This document shows positions 36,001 through 36,499 of a DNA stretch of 36,499 nucleotides, piece after piece. Made by a program: the position numbers and the translations under genes. Source of the stretch: Nemertoderma westbladi. Lineage: Eukaryota > Animalia > Xenacoelomorpha. Location of the stretch: contig JAUCBJ010004650.1 in NCBI GenBank assembly GCA_032718475.1, positions 1 to 36,499 of the forward strand, given 5' to 3'. The notes under the pieces are model-generated. The model was not told where the DNA came from. It saw only the letters and a program-made list of their open reading frames with translations, and searched no databases. The first letter of the stretch is position 1; each line of letters opens with the position of its first letter.

Positions 36001-36499
36001 AACTAGAGGGCTACTCACTGCTAGGAGGTGGGACACTGAATAACTAGAGGGCTACTCACTGCTAGGAGGTGGGACACTGAATAACTAGAGGGCTACTCAC
36101 TGCTAGGAGGTGGGACACTGAATAACTAGAGGGCTACTCACTGCTAGGAGGTGGGACACTGAATAACTAGAGGGCTACTCACTGCTAGGAGGTGGGACAC
36201 TGAATAACTAGAGGGTTACTCACTGCTAGGAGGTGGGACACTGAATAACTAGAGGGCTACTCACTGCTAGGAGGTGGGACACTGAATAACTAGAGGGTTA
36301 CTCACTGCTAGGAGGTGGGACACTGAATAACTAGAGGGCTACTCACTGCTAGGAGGTGGGACACTGAATAACTAGAGGGCTACTCACTGCTTGGAGGTGG
36401 GACACTGAATAACTAGAGGGCTACTCACTGCTTGGAGGTGGGACACTGAATAACTAGAGCGCTACTCACTGCTAGGAGGTGGGACACTGAATAACTAGA
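15015..36499. repeat. 41-bp satellite / very large minisatellite array of about 520 units, running off the window end
   Basis: Consensus GGAGGTGG[G/A]ACACTGAATAACTAGAGGG[C/T]TACTCACTGCTA. Junction variants CTGCTT, CTGTTA, CTCTA (40 bp) and CTGCTATGTTA (45 bp), plus an 18-bp short unit. Confidence 0.99.

Noticed and set aside
15015-36499. CRISPR array
   Set aside because: Units are head-to-tail with no unique spacers, there are no cas genes, and the context is eukaryotic.
15015-36499. Repetitive protein-coding gene or ribozyme array
   Set aside because: TGAATAACTAG has stops in all three plus-strand frames, and the minus strand has several stops per 41-bp unit. There is no hammerhead core (CTGANGA...GAAA).
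15015-36499. Telomeric repeat
   Set aside because: Only one GGGTTA per T-allele unit and no (TTAGGG)n run.

Overview
Eukaryotic, probably invertebrate animal, DNA with three zones. (1) About 1-9.1 kb: a decayed BEL/Pao LTR retrotransposon on the minus strand (gag-like region, RT, RNase H, integrase). It has two internal deletions, several frameshifts, a nested tRNA-derived SINE and no matching LTR pair. (2) About 9.1-15 kb: fragments of RTE and RTE-X-like LINEs, a CORE-type SINE nested in one of them, and an apparently intact two-exon class A (rhodopsin-type) GPCR gene with MITE-like relics in its intron. (3) 15015 to the window end: a 41-bp tandem array of more than 21 kb (about 520 units). 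It begins abruptly about 430 bp after the GPCR stop codon and carries two biallelic sites plus rare marker variants that reveal nested higher-order duplications (about 2.08, 1.98 and 7.38 kb). I found no CRISPR array or prokaryotic system. The satellite architecture is the most unusual feature; any functional reading of it is inference only.
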